Of a stretch of DNA of 64,000 bases, positions 51,601 to 60,639 are shown in pieces (position 1 is the first letter of the stretch; the number at the start of each line of letters is the position of its first letter). A model generated the notes under the pieces. The model searched no databases and was not told the origin of the DNA. It worked only from the letters and a program-made list of their open reading frames with translations. Source of the DNA: Squalus acanthias (taxonomy: Eukaryota); contig CM059433.1 of the NCBI GenBank assembly GCA_030390025.1, forward strand, positions 7,194,001 through 7,258,000, in the 5' to 3' direction. The translations under genes were made by a program, and so were the position numbers.

Positions 51601-54600
51601 GCCTTTACTGAATCCTTAGCAAGACAGATGAGTGTTCTACACAGCAGTCCCTCATAAATATATTGAAAATAAGCATGTATTTCAACCCTTTAAGTACTGA
51701 TTATTCTTTGCAGGCTTTGAAATAAAGATCTATATGTTTCCTATTGTCATTCCCTTTAAGATTTTGAATTCTAGGTATTGTGGATTAGAATTAGATGTGC
51801 TTAGGATAATCCTGAGCAATCAGCATCATTTTAAACTAAAAATGCTCAAAGGGTGTAAATGAGAAATCTGCATTATTAATTTACAAAATATACAGAATTC
51901 TCCAGTTAAAATCATTTTTAACATAAAATGCATTTTAGGAAAGATTATCTTTGATTCAATTTTTTTTTTGACATTTGTATGCAGTTAGGATTGTTTGGAG
52001 GCAGAATTTCTTTTAATAATAACTCTTTCCAAAGTGACAAAAACAGCCCATGCTGCAAGAATTGCCAATTTGAAAAAGCTGGAAAGAAGTGTCAGGAAGC
52101 AATCAATGCGACATGCAAAGGAGAATCCTCTTGTACTGGTGAGTGGGAGCAGAAACCTGTGTGTAAGTAAAGGGAGTGTCACAATAGGGTGACAATACTT
52201 TTAAAAGATTTCATAGAGCTTCATCAGGCATCTCAACCTATTAGCAGCCTTTACTAAGGCTGCAGGGACCAGCAAAAATGAAGATGAAGGAAACCCAAGG
52301 TGCAGCTGTGAATCTGCAGGCAAGGACGGAGGAGTCCAGCACATGAGCTTCTGTTTAGCTGCTGAAGTGGAGTTGGTGCTTACAATGAATGTTGCTCTCT
52401 GTGCTACTCCATGGCACCATCCCCACAGGTCAGCATTGCAACTTGCCTGTAAGGAGTTGTTGCCATAGTTCAGACCACAGCTGATTGCTGACACATCCAG
52501 TGACAGCAGCACTGTGCTGCTTGATAGCTGTAGGTGTCCTTGCAGCACTGCAGACCTGGAGAAAACCGTTGTGCCGGGAACGGTAGCATAGTGGATATGT
52601 CACTGGGCTAGTAATCCAGAGGCCTGGATTAGTGATCTGGAGACGTGAGTTCAAATCCCGCCACAGGCAGCTGTTAATTGTCTGATTGTTAATCTGGAAT
52701 TAAGAACTAGTATCAGTAATGGTGACCATGAACACTACCGGATTGTTGTAAAAACCCATCTGGTTCACTAATGTCCTTTTAGGGAAGGAAATCTGCCGTC
52801 CTTACCTGGTCTGGCCTATATGTGACTCCAGACCCACAGCAATGTGGCTGACTCTTAACTGCCCTCTGCGGTTCAAAAAGGCGGCTCACCACCACCTTCT
52901 CAAGGGCAATTAGGGATGGGCAATAAATGCTGGCCTTGTCAGCGATGCCCACATCCCATAAACAAATTTTAAAAAACTGCAGAAATGGATGTGGCTGATC
53001 AAGCAACTCTGGCTCTTGATCACCCTAGCTTGACTTATTTCATGTAGTGCTACTGAAAGAATGATGTGCTGTGATCCAATATTAGAGTTAGTCAGGTTAT
53101 TCACATGTCTGTGCTATCTGGGCTGTTGTTTCAGCTTAGTTTGAGAACAGCAACCTCTACCAGCACTAATCATCTGCCAAAGTGAGAAATGTTCACCTCT
53201 CTGCAGATGCAGTGTGCCTGGCAAGCCTTCATATATCATCCTCCTTTTCCAAAGATAAGATTCAATGGAATTCCCGTTGGTGTGAGTAATGATGTTGGAG
53301 AAAAACAAATAATTTCCAGCAATTTGCACAAAGGCTCATGAAAATCTAACTGCTAGAAGGGGAAAAAAGTGACTGGTTAATAAATGATTAAAATATCCTT
53401 TGTATTACTGTGACCTTTCCATGATAATTACTGCTGCTTAGTAAGCCTGGAAATGGCCTACGTGGCAGGAAATGCATGCCCGATGGGTATGCCCCCAAAT
53501 TAATGTTAAAATGAAGCACACACCTGTTTGAGGTGGACACTTCTGTGGTTGCTGGTCCTGCCCACCTGAACATGCGTCAGGAGACAAACCTGGCACATTT
53601 CCAGTAGGAAGGGTCTTACCACCTTGTTTTCTGATACTGACCGCTAGATTACCGTCCAAAAATCATGAGTTAATGTCAGGAGAATCTTGGCTGTGTCCAA
53701 AGTAATTTTAGATCACTAATCTGAAAAGGGATGACTTACTGCACAAGCTGATAATGACTGAATTGTTGCAATTGTTCTCTCAGCTACAGTATTTTTAAAA
53801 TTGTTCCAAGTTTCCTTGAAACTGGATCTTATTCTCTACTGTTAGATTTTATTACAGTTTGAAATCTCTTATTGATAGGGACTGACCAGTTTTGTCCTGC
53901 TCCTGATAATGCTGCAGATAAGACAATCTGTGTGGACATGGGAAAGTGTTCAAATGGGGAATGTATTCCTTTCTGTGAGGCAGAGCATAGTCGCAAGTCA
54001 TGTGCTTGCAATGGTGAGTGAAAAGCCTCATTTTTATAGTGATTTCTGTTGGTTATGATCATTTATAAAGGCTAAACAAAACTGCTGGTATACATAGACT
54101 CTTTCCTGCAGATAATATTGACGTGTTTAATATAGTACATGAGACAAGATTTGAATCTGCTACAATTTTACCAATTTGTTTTAAGATTTCTTTTCTTTTC
54201 TTCCCTGGTCACCACTTGCCATTTCCAATGACAACAGGGACATGATCTGCTCAGTTCCTCTACCAGTGCTGCTGTAGGTGGTGTGAAGAGTAGCCTGTGG
54301 CAAGTTTCTCTCCCTGTGGGGAAGTCCATGATCTCCACTCTGTTACTGCCCCATGTAAAGCAAACATCTGAAACTCACAGCATAGAGAATTGAAGATGTT
54401 AATCTGTCTCCTCTCACTCTGGCACAGTGAACTACCTCATGGCACTGATGTGAGGAGAGAGGATTGAGGGATCTGGTGTATTGGAAATATCGGGTTGAGA
54501 GAATTCCAATGGAAGCAGGATTGTTGGCCAATTGATCGATCTTGTTTCTAAAATTTCCCATGTTCTTAAAGTAGCAAAGTAATGGAGTGCTGCTGCTGCT

Positions 54601-57600
54601 TGTGGAACCCAACTCTCCCATAGTCACTGCCTTCTGAAGAGGAAGGGTAAGGGGACAATCTGAGGGAAGATTAGAGGAGAGAGAGCGAGTTGGATTCTTG
54701 AGTGAACATTTAGAACGTCTGCTGAAGAACCTAGTGTTATTTTCGTATGTGCATTTCTGCCTGGGATTGCATTCTCATCTGGCTATTTGCAGTATTTTAC
54801 TATAACTGTATGTTGAATTGATGCTTATTATAATGGTATTTTAAATGATTTTATCATATTTAGAGACAGACGATTCCTGTAAAGTTTGCTGCAGAGATAA
54901 TGGAATTTGCCGTCCATATATAGATCAAAACAAACAATTTCTGTATCTGCGCAAAGGGAAACCCTGCACTGTTGGATTCTGCGATGGAAATGTAAGTGGT
55001 AATGTTTACTGCTGAGTGATTCTGTAGTATGTGTGTCCACGGTTTACTGCGGGCTTGTAGTTATTTTATTGAACAAGAACACTATTTTACTAGAAAAAGT
55101 TTACTTGCCCTTTGTTAAATGTTTGCTTCTTTTCTAACCATAACCTAGATTATTTTTGATGTCACTATCTTAAATCTGTCTTGCGGGTGAGTCACAGCTC
55201 CTGAAACCTCAAGAGTGTATATCCTCGTCTTAATAAGCTTTTGGTACCATGCCCTGGTAAATGAACTGCAAACCATGTTTGGTAATTGCTTTTAGGTATT
55301 GGACTATCTTATTCTTCCATATAATCCCACTTTCAGCCTTTGAATGCAGCAGAGCATCATAGCAAGCCTTGTTTAAAGTTTAAAATAAGAAACAAATTTA
55401 TTAAACAAAAAATTGACAAGTGACTAATCTAACAGTGATAAAAATAGTTCTATATTCACAATAGAAGTCTTTTATCCAAATCGTTGATTAGGCTAAGTAA
55501 TAAAACAGTGTAACTTTAAGAGATAAATTACGCTTTTGTAAACAACTCCTTCATACACACAGTACTTCTCTTTCAGGAGTATCACACTGTCTCTTCTGAG
55601 ATTTTCAAACTATCTCTTGCATGGCTCATTCGAAATTTTTAAATTGTCTGTTCTCATGGAGATTTTCCAACTGCCTGCTATTGATCAGAAACGCACTCTT
55701 TTTTTTACATGTTTCTTTTATATAAATTTTTTCCGGAGAAAATTCTCTGGGCATCCTGGATTTTGAATAGCTGTCCCCTCAAATTCAAAAAGCAGCTGCT
55801 GGTCAAATATAAACTGAACCAATCAGGAAGTCTCTGTACATTTTAGAATTTTCTCAACCCTGTTAACAGGTAGACCATAAAAACAGACCTCATAATAGTA
55901 AGGAAGTCTTGCTACAATTGTACAGGGCCTTGGGGAGACCACACCTGGAGTACTGTGCACAGTTTTGGTCTCCTTATCTAAGGAAGGATATACTTGCCTT
56001 GGAGGCGGTGTAACAAAGGTTCACCAGACTGATTCCTGGGATGAGAGGGCTGTCCTTTGATGAGAGATTGTGTAGAATGGGCCTATACTCTCTGGAGTTT
56101 AGAAGAATGAGAGGTGATCTCATTGAAACATACAAGATTCTGAAGGGGATTGACAGGGTAGATGCTGAGAGGTTGTTTCCCCCTGGCTGGAGTGTCTAGA
56201 ACGGGGGGGCATAGTCTCAGGATAAGGGGTCGGCCATTTAAGACCGAGATGAGGAATTTCTTCACTCAGAGGGTTGTGAATCTTTGGAATTCTCTGCCCC
56301 AGAGTCTTTGAGTATATTCAAGGCTGAGATCGATAGATTTTTGGACTCTTAGGGGAATCAAGGGATATGAAGATCGGGCGGGAAAGTGGAGTTGAGGTCG
56401 ATGATCAGCCATGATCTTATTGAATGGCGGAGCAGGCTCGAGGGGCCGTTTGGCCTACTCCTGCTCCTATTTCTTAAGTTCTTATGTTCTTATTATCAGG
56501 AAGGCCTGGTTCAAGACCCTGGCACTGGATGGCTGTTAAACACCCCACGTGACTTTAAAAAAAAAATAGAACCAGCCCCTAAATCAAAACCTAGAGAAGG
56601 CTATACCACTTTTGTCATATTCTCACTTGTTGTGAGGGTACATTTAATTTTGATCTCTTAGTTGCTCTTTCTCATTTCTTCTTCTTATTTCCTGGAACTA
56701 CAGCGTTCTCAGTAGGGAAAATGTGTAAGATTTTTGTAGATCTTCCCTGTCCTTTGCAGGTAGTGCCTTCGTCACTTATTGGTTCCCATCATGGAGCATT
56801 ATTAAACCAGCTGCATTATTAAACCAGCTGCAGACAGTTTTCCCATCTGTGTTCTAGCCCTCTGGCTTTCAGCTGTTGAACTGCAAGCAAAGGTGGATTT
56901 TTATTTTTTATTTCTTGGTTCCATCATGTGGGCAACAGTGGCAAGGCAGTATTTATTGCCCAGACTGAGTAGGGGTGGCATGTCAGCCCCTAAACCTGCT
57001 TTAAAATCTATTCCATTTCCTGCTTTTTTTCCAGTTCTGACGAAAGGTCTTCGACCTGAAACGTTAACTCTGTTTCTCTCTCCACGGATGCTGCCTGACC
57101 TGCTGAGTTTTTCCAGTGTTTTCAGTTATTTCGGATTTCCAGCATCCGCAGTATTTTGCTATTGTGTGGCATGTTCGATCCCTGAAGGACCTTAGTGAAC
57201 CAGTTGGGCTTTTACGACAGTCTGGCAACTTCAATCATTTTCTTTTGCTGTCAGCCCACAAATAACCAGATATGTTCAATTCAGTTTCGCAACTTTGCCA
57301 TGATGGGATTTGAACACTTAATCTCTGGGTTGCTAGTCCAGTACAATAACTACCAGGCTACCATAACCATTATGGAATTTGCTTTTGATATTGTGGGTAA
57401 TCTATTTTAAACAGTCATTTTATTTACATTGAATTTGTTTTGCAGAAAATGCCCTAGGTTCCTTTTCTTTTAAGTTGTTGATCCTTTCTTGCTGTAAGTT
57501 TAAATGGTGACTTAGTCTGGCACTGTGTTTGGAGCTTGTGCTCTTTACTGATGCTATTTTTTTGGAACTCACAAAGAACCTTTACTTAGCGTAATGGTTT

Positions 57601-60319
57601 CAATGACCATATATACTATTTTTAGTGTATAGAGGAACAAGAGAAGATTTGTTGAATAGTATTGGCTGTGGGGGAGGGAGAAAATTCATGCTTTCAGCAT
57701 GAGGTCAGGGGGTAGTTGTGGAGAAAGGGAAACATTTGTGTTTTTTAAAATCTCATGGTAGTATTAAATGCTAACTTCCCTCCTCCCATTGCCGAAGCTA
57801 GTTATGTGGCAGAGTCATACATCCCAGAAAGGTCCCAGTTTCAATACCCACTCTGTGCTGAGTTAGTTCACCTCTGTGGTGACAGGGCCAGAACTATTGG
57901 ACTTCATGCCCCTGACTAAGGGAAGCAAAAGTTGCCCAGGGTTCCTGCTTCTGATCAATGTCAGGCAACCCTTTCAGTATATGTGTGTGGATGTCTGATC
58001 AGAAAAGGATGGGCCTGGATTGTGATGACTACTGTGGTCAAATAGCCTGTTGACCCTTGTTGCCTATGTGTAAAGATTGGCCACTTAGGAAAGGAACTGA
58101 AAGTACCTGTGAAACCGTACAAGTCATTTTCTAAAATTAACCTGCTCAGGACCATCAGTCTAGCCAGATTGTATGTCATGAACAGTCTATCCTTTGTACA
58201 TTATTTTGAATTTCCAATAACTAGGAAAATGCTTCATTAAAATTCAGAAACCTTTTAGTTCTGTAAATGTTGTAATAAGGTTGCAATATTTACTTCTGGA
58301 GTTGTAGGTTTTAGAAAACACAGATGTAAGTATTCTTGCATTGCACAATATTCTGAAACTGACTCAAGTTATATTATAATAAAAACAGAAAATGCTCGAC
58401 ATGCTCAGCAGGTCAGGCAGCACCTGTGGAGAGAGAAAGAGAGTTAACGTTTCAGGTCGATGACCTTTCGTCAGAATTGGCAAAGGTTAAGAGATGTAAC
58501 AGGTTTTAAGCAAGTACAGAGGCGGGGGAAGGGGAGTCATAGAGTCATAGATTTATATAGCACAGAAAGAGGCCCATCGTGTCCGCGCCGGCCATCAAGC
58601 CCTGTCTATTCTAATCCCATTTTCCAGCATTTGGTCCGTAGCCTTGTATGCTATGGCGTTTCAAGTGCTCATCTAAATGCTTCTTGAATGTTGTGAGGGT
58701 TCCTGCCTCTACCACCCTTTCAGGCAGTGAGTTCCAGATTCCAACCACCCTCTGGCTGAAAAAGTTTTTCCTCAAATCCCCTCTAAACCTCCAGCCTCTT
58801 ACCTTGAAACTATGCCCCCTGGTTATTGACCCCTCTACTAAGGGGAAAAGTTCCTTTCTATCTACCCTAGGAAAGAACAAAAGGGAAGGTCTGTGATACG
58901 GTGGAAGGCAGGAGAGATTAAATGACAAAAGGGATGATTGTGCAAAGCAAAAGGGACAAGTGAAAAAACAAAAGATGAGTCTAGAGGAGCTGAAAATGGC
59001 AACAGCAGAGCCATTGCCAGCACCTGCTGTCTGGAAAAAATGGGAACAAAGTTATACTGCCACTTTCACATCGATGTGCACCTGAAGCAGCTGTGCATTG
59101 ACCTAATGGTGGAAATATAGCTGTACGCTGAGATCTATTGGTAGGTGACACTATTGTTAATGGCTTTATTTTTTTTCTTTGTTTGCTTCTACAGGGCAAA
59201 TGTGAAAAGCAAGTACAGGATGTCATAGAACGATTCTGGGATTTCATTGAGAAATTGGATATCAACACTTTTGGTAAGCTCACACACAGTTTATATTCTC
59301 CCACATTCTTTTGTCCTCCCCCCCTCCCCCCCCCCCCCCCCCCCCCCCTCAAAAAACTTAATAGAAATTGGTCTGCTCAGTAAGTTGAATTTGTACATTA
59401 AAAATTAGATTCCAAACTTTGTATACATTTTTAAACTAGTTGGTTTTAGATGAAGTAAAATGACCTACAAAATGCAGTTGTGTTTTTGTTAAATCTAAGT
59501 TATAGAATGAGTTATGCCATGTTGACATTGGCACTGACCGCCTGCACCCCAAAATGCCTCATTGGGTAAATGCAGCTTGTGTGTAGTTCTGAGAGGTACA
59601 GACTAGAATGGTTCCAAGTTCAATTCCTGGTTCTGTGCTGGATTAGCAGGTCTCAACCAGTGCGTCAGTAGGAGTTTGCCTTCGGTTCCTAGAGTTTTCA
59701 GACCCAGGCATAAGGGTAGTAAAGGCTTTTCTTGGACCCATCACTTCAAGTATTTGATTTGTTTCATGCAAAGATGATCTGTAGTTGGACACTGCTTTGG
59801 GTTGAGTTGCTAGTCCATTTTCCTCAATTTTTTGCAAATTTCATCCTCCCAATTTTCTTGTGGACTGCAACAGGGAATTATAACAGGACCTAGGAGAGCC
59901 ATCACCTGTGGTGTTTACATGGTCTGGTGAGACAAATTTAAGTTTCATTAATGCCTTTTCCTTGGTTGATTGTAATGTCTTTCAGCAGGTGCATGGTAAA
60001 GCACACATTATGCTACAATTTATGACACTGAACTTAACCCAGGAACATCAGAATTATATTATATATGTTGCGATAGAAAAGAAAGTTGCCTTTAACTGGA
60101 TTTGTACGTTAGAGGAATTGTTATATTAGTAACTGAATGGGCAACAGATAAAATTTTGTAAAAATGTCCTCATCAAAATTGTAAATATGTGTATTTGTCT
60201 GTAAATGCTAATACTGCTACTTCCTTACAGGAAAATTCCTAGCAGACAATATTGTTGGGTCCGTTGTCGTATTCTCTCTGGTGTTTTGGATACCTCTCAG
60301 TATTCTCGTCCATTTTGTG
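9463..60319 (+). CDS. ADAM17: ADAM17/TACE metalloprotease, spliced CDS exons 1-17 (3' partial; cytoplasmic tail not in window)
   Basis: 17 GT-AG bounded exons join in frame (2130 nt): signal peptide, prodomain (VRKRD, VCGY, RQKR), [12 protein letters not shown] zinc motif, Met-turn, disintegrin, MPD (CKVC, RKGK), CANDIS and TM helix. Exon sizes and phases agree with vertebrate ADAM17 as recalled. Confidence 0.98.
9697..11515 (+). repeat. ~45-bp minisatellite (GGGCAGGTGTAGGAATGGATTACATATCTTTATATACTAGTTG) split by an RTE LINE
   Basis: About 3 units at 9697-9825 and about 5 units at 11273-11515. Confidence 0.85.
9827..11272 (+). mobile_element. 5'-truncated RTE-clade LINE (RT C-terminal half and 3' end), frameshifted
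   Basis: [51 protein letters not shown], terminal [13 protein letters not shown] zinc finger; stops and frameshifts present. Confidence 0.92.
12851..14040 (+). repeat. 35-37 bp minisatellite, ~33 units, each containing the inverted repeat CCCATTG-AACC-CAATGGG
   Basis: Consensus CACTAACACCCCAGCCCATTGAACCCAATGGGTAA; variants differ by a GT insertion and C-run length. Confidence 0.97.
16937..16973 (-). ncRNA. Antisense copy of the hammerhead motif
   Basis: Reverse complement of 17071-17107 with one loop change. Confidence 0.7.
17071..17107 (+). ncRNA. Minimal type I hammerhead ribozyme motif
   Basis: TCAC-CTGACGA-A-GGAGC agc GCTCC-GAA-AGCT-T-GTGA: stem I, core, stem II and palindromic mini stem III. 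Confidence 0.75.
17797..17929 (+). CDS. ADAM17: ADAM17 exon 2 (prodomain, upstream RKR site)
   Basis: ttacag|AT...AG|gtatgt; [45 protein letters not shown]; 133 nt. Confidence 0.96.
18428..18545 (+). mobile_element. Deu-domain SINE fragment
   Basis: Nearly identical to the core of 24910-25360 (GGTGCCGTCTTTCGGATGAGACGTTAAACCGAGG). Confidence 0.75.
19322..19560 (+). mobile_element. CR1 3' end
   Basis: TTCACTCAGAGGGTGGTGAACCTTTGGAATTC...GAATGGCGGAGCAGGCTCGAAGGGCC. Confidence 0.85.
19940..20073 (+). CDS. ADAM17: ADAM17 exon 3
   Basis: ttcacag|A...G|gttagt; [45 protein letters not shown]; 134 nt. Confidence 0.96.
20229..20301 (+). pseudogene. tRNA-Lys(UUU)-derived retrocopy lacking a correct 5' acceptor strand
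   Basis: GGATAGCTCAGTCGGTAGAGCATCAGACTTTTAATCTGAGGGcCCAGGGTTCAtGTCCCTGTaCaGGCG matches vertebrate tRNA-Lys-TTT from position ~5; the first 4 nt are CR1-derived; followed by CTGCTTTT. Confidence 0.88.
20313..20626 (+). mobile_element. HE1-type V-SINE
   Basis: tRNA-like head (TGGCATAGTGG, GGTTCGAATCC), V-domain TGTGTGGAGTTTGCACATTCTCCCCGTGTCTGCGTGGGTTTCCTCCGGGTGCTCCGGTTTCCTCCCAC, CR1-like tail ending (GATTCTGT)n. Confidence 0.85.
21212..22192 (+). mobile_element. 5'-truncated CR1 LINE nested in an L2 fragment
   Basis: [30 protein letters not shown]; typical 3' tail (TTCCTATG)n. Confidence 0.9.
23385..23473 (+). CDS. ADAM17: ADAM17 exon 4
   Basis: aaaag|GT...GAG|gtattc; [29 protein letters not shown]; 89 nt. 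Confidence 0.95.
23650..24420 (-). mobile_element. CR1 fragment containing a hAT MITE
   Basis: Minus ORFs [24 protein letters not shown]. Confidence 0.85.
24237..24367. mobile_element. hAT-type MITE (same family as 7620-7762, opposite orientation)
   Basis: TIR CAATGTTCCC/GGGAACATTG; TSD CTCTATGC/TTCTAGGC. Confidence 0.85.
24910..25360 (+). mobile_element. Full-length Deu-domain SINE (SacSINE1-like) within an L2 remnant (~24490-25530)
   Basis: tRNA head (TGGCTCAGTGG, GGTTCAAGTCC), Deu core, tail GGCGCTATATAAATGCAAGTC + T-rich end. Confidence 0.8.
25774..25963 (+). CDS. ADAM17: ADAM17 exon 5 (cysteine-switch region, acidic stretch)
   Basis: ttctag|CCA...G|gtaggt; [63 protein letters not shown]; 190 nt. 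Confidence 0.95.
26063..26148 (+). pseudogene. Degenerate partial duplicate of the exon 5 acceptor and 5' part
   Basis: Ungapped alignment to 25761-25846, 70/86 identical; reads [23 protein letters not shown] versus [24 protein letters not shown]. Confidence 0.88.
29683..30432. mobile_element. Non-autonomous TIR element
   Basis: Ends TGGCCCGGATTTTGCGG / CTGCAAATTTTGGGTCA. Confidence 0.65.
31486..32495 (-). mobile_element. 5'-truncated CR1 LINE
   Basis: Minus ORFs [48 protein letters not shown]. Confidence 0.93.
35131..35267 (+). CDS. ADAM17: ADAM17 exon 6 (furin site, start of catalytic domain)
   Basis: tgacag|AA...TTG|gtaagc; [46 protein letters not shown]; 137 nt. Confidence 0.96.
36245..37027 (-). 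mobile_element. Young 5'-truncated CR1 LINE (233-aa open stretch)
   Basis: ORF 36243-36944 with [16 protein letters not shown]...RRMRGDLI...[16 protein letters not shown]. Confidence 0.95.
37150..37239 (+). CDS. ADAM17: ADAM17 exon 7
   Basis: atgcag|ATT...GAG|gtaaat; [30 protein letters not shown]; 90 nt. Confidence 0.97.
37800..40170 (-). mobile_element. Stacked L2 LINE fragments
   Basis: Minus ORFs [62 protein letters not shown]2-type tails near 37805 and 38630. Confidence 0.9.
41132..41440 (-). mobile_element. Young CR1 3' fragment
   Basis: Near-identical to 8649-8950. Confidence 0.88.
41910..43200. mobile_element. Deu-SINE fragment followed by old L2 fragments in both orientations
   Basis: Deu core at ~42010-42120; [13 protein letters not shown]2 tail motifs. 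Confidence 0.65.
44501..44697. mobile_element. Penelope-like short inverted pLTR element
   Basis: 59-nt inverted arms 44536-44594 and 44642-44700; family also seen at ~17701, 57033, 58381 and 63800. Confidence 0.8.
44603..44637 (+). ncRNA. Minimal type I hammerhead ribozyme motif
   Basis: GTT-CTGACGA-A-GGGTC atc GACCT-GAA-ACGT-T-AAC. Confidence 0.72.
44997..45107 (+). CDS. ADAM17: ADAM17 exon 8
   Basis: ctacag|ATC...GAG|gtaagg; [37 protein letters not shown]; 111 nt. Confidence 0.96.
45751..45895 (+). CDS. ADAM17: ADAM17 exon 9
   Basis: tttcag|CAA...C|gtaagt; [48 protein letters not shown]; 145 nt. Confidence 0.97.
46364..46452 (+). CDS. ADAM17: ADAM17 exon 10
   Basis: caccag|CC...AAG|gtaaat; [30 protein letters not shown]; 89 nt. 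Confidence 0.97.
46810..46987 (+). other. 178-nt imperfect inverted repeat (hairpin) in intron 10
   Basis: ATTTGCCTCCTGTTGCTTTTTCTTCCCCATCC... pairs with ...GGATGGGGAAGAAAAAGCAGCAGGAGGCAAAT; centre TGAGCTTG. Confidence 0.9.
47615..47764 (+). CDS. ADAM17: ADAM17 exon 11 (zinc-binding active site, Met-turn)
   Basis: aaacag|GAA...AAG|gtacaa; [50 protein letters not shown]; HExxHxxGxxH at 47636-47668. Confidence 0.98.
47937..48320 (+). mobile_element. Ancient SINE, LF-SINE-like
   Basis: CTTTCAACTCTGGG...GAATCCAGCCCAG...TGTGAAATGAGTT...CCAGCTCCTTGTGG...ATTGGCATTAA in the order recalled for LF-SINE. Confidence 0.4.
48518..49955 (-). mobile_element. 5'-truncated CR1 LINE
   Basis: [58 protein letters not shown]. 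Confidence 0.95.
51198..51397 (+). CDS. ADAM17: ADAM17 exon 12 (end of catalytic domain, start of disintegrin)
   Basis: ctccag|CTG...AG|gtaaaa; [67 protein letters not shown]; 200 nt. Confidence 0.97.
52035..52138 (+). CDS. ADAM17: ADAM17 exon 13 (disintegrin)
   Basis: ccaaag|T...G|gtgagt; [35 protein letters not shown]; 104 nt. Confidence 0.96.
52575..52976 (+). mobile_element. tRNA-derived SINE with LINE-derived tail
   Basis: Head GGTAGCATAGTGG...GAGTTCAAATCCC; tail GGGCAATAAATGCTGGCCTTGTCAGCGATGCCCACATCCC + A-rich end. Confidence 0.75.
53879..54013 (+). CDS. ADAM17: ADAM17 exon 14
   Basis: tgatag|GG...G|gtgagt; [44 protein letters not shown]; 135 nt. Confidence 0.96.
54864..54991 (+). 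CDS. ADAM17: ADAM17 exon 15 (membrane-proximal domain)
   Basis: atttag|AG...AAT|gtaagt; [43 protein letters not shown]; 128 nt. Confidence 0.96.
55895..56492 (+). mobile_element. CR1 3' fragment
   Basis: Same subfamily as 31486-32495, opposite orientation. Confidence 0.92.
57020..57162 (+). mobile_element. Penelope-like pLTR fragment with hammerhead motif at 57033-57069
   Basis: AGTT-CTGACGA-A-AGGTC ttc GACCT-GAA-ACGT-T-AACT followed by the family tail. Confidence 0.75.
57815..58100 (+). mobile_element. Old SINE family (AmnSINE2-like, from memory); related pieces near 48360-48515, 50110-50260 and 59600-59660
   Basis: Shared GGTCCCAG.TTCAAT..C...TCTGTGCTGAGTTAG, CAGGGTTCCTGCT.CTGATC and AATAGCCTG motifs. 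Confidence 0.45.
58381..59055 (-). mobile_element. Penelope-like fragment (antisense hammerhead 58442-58478) interrupted by CR1 (~58536-58868)
   Basis: Reverse complement of 57033-57125; nested CR1 [22 protein letters not shown]. Confidence 0.75.
59195..59273 (+). CDS. ADAM17: ADAM17 exon 16 (CANDIS stalk)
   Basis: ctacag|GGC...G|gtaagc; [27 protein letters not shown]; 79 nt. Confidence 0.97.
60231..60319 (+). CDS. ADAM17: ADAM17 exon 17 (transmembrane helix)
   Basis: ttacag|GA...GTG|gtaaga; [29 protein letters not shown]; 89 nt. Confidence 0.97.
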
Positions 60320-60639
60320 GTAAGAAAGACGCATACACTTCCTAGCATAATAAAGCATCATTTTTATGTTCATACTTATTTGGGAGCTTTAGATACAAAT
60401 AATGCATAATGTTATATGGCTCAGTCTTTTATCACATATCCTTTAAGGTTAAGAGGAGATCTGATAGGGGTGTTCAAAATTTAAAGGTTTTGATAAGGTA
60501 TGTCGGAAAAAGATCACTGGCAAAAAAGGGAGACATTATAAGTGATTTTTTTTTTTATAGGGAATGTTGTTGGGATAGGGAATGTCCCACCAGAAAGAGT
60601 GGTGAAGCAGAAATCTCTTAAAGGGGAAGTGGATAAATA

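Noticed and set aside
56797..56832. 17-bp tandem duplication GCATTATTAAACCAGCT
   Set aside because: Ordinary slippage duplication with no other signal.
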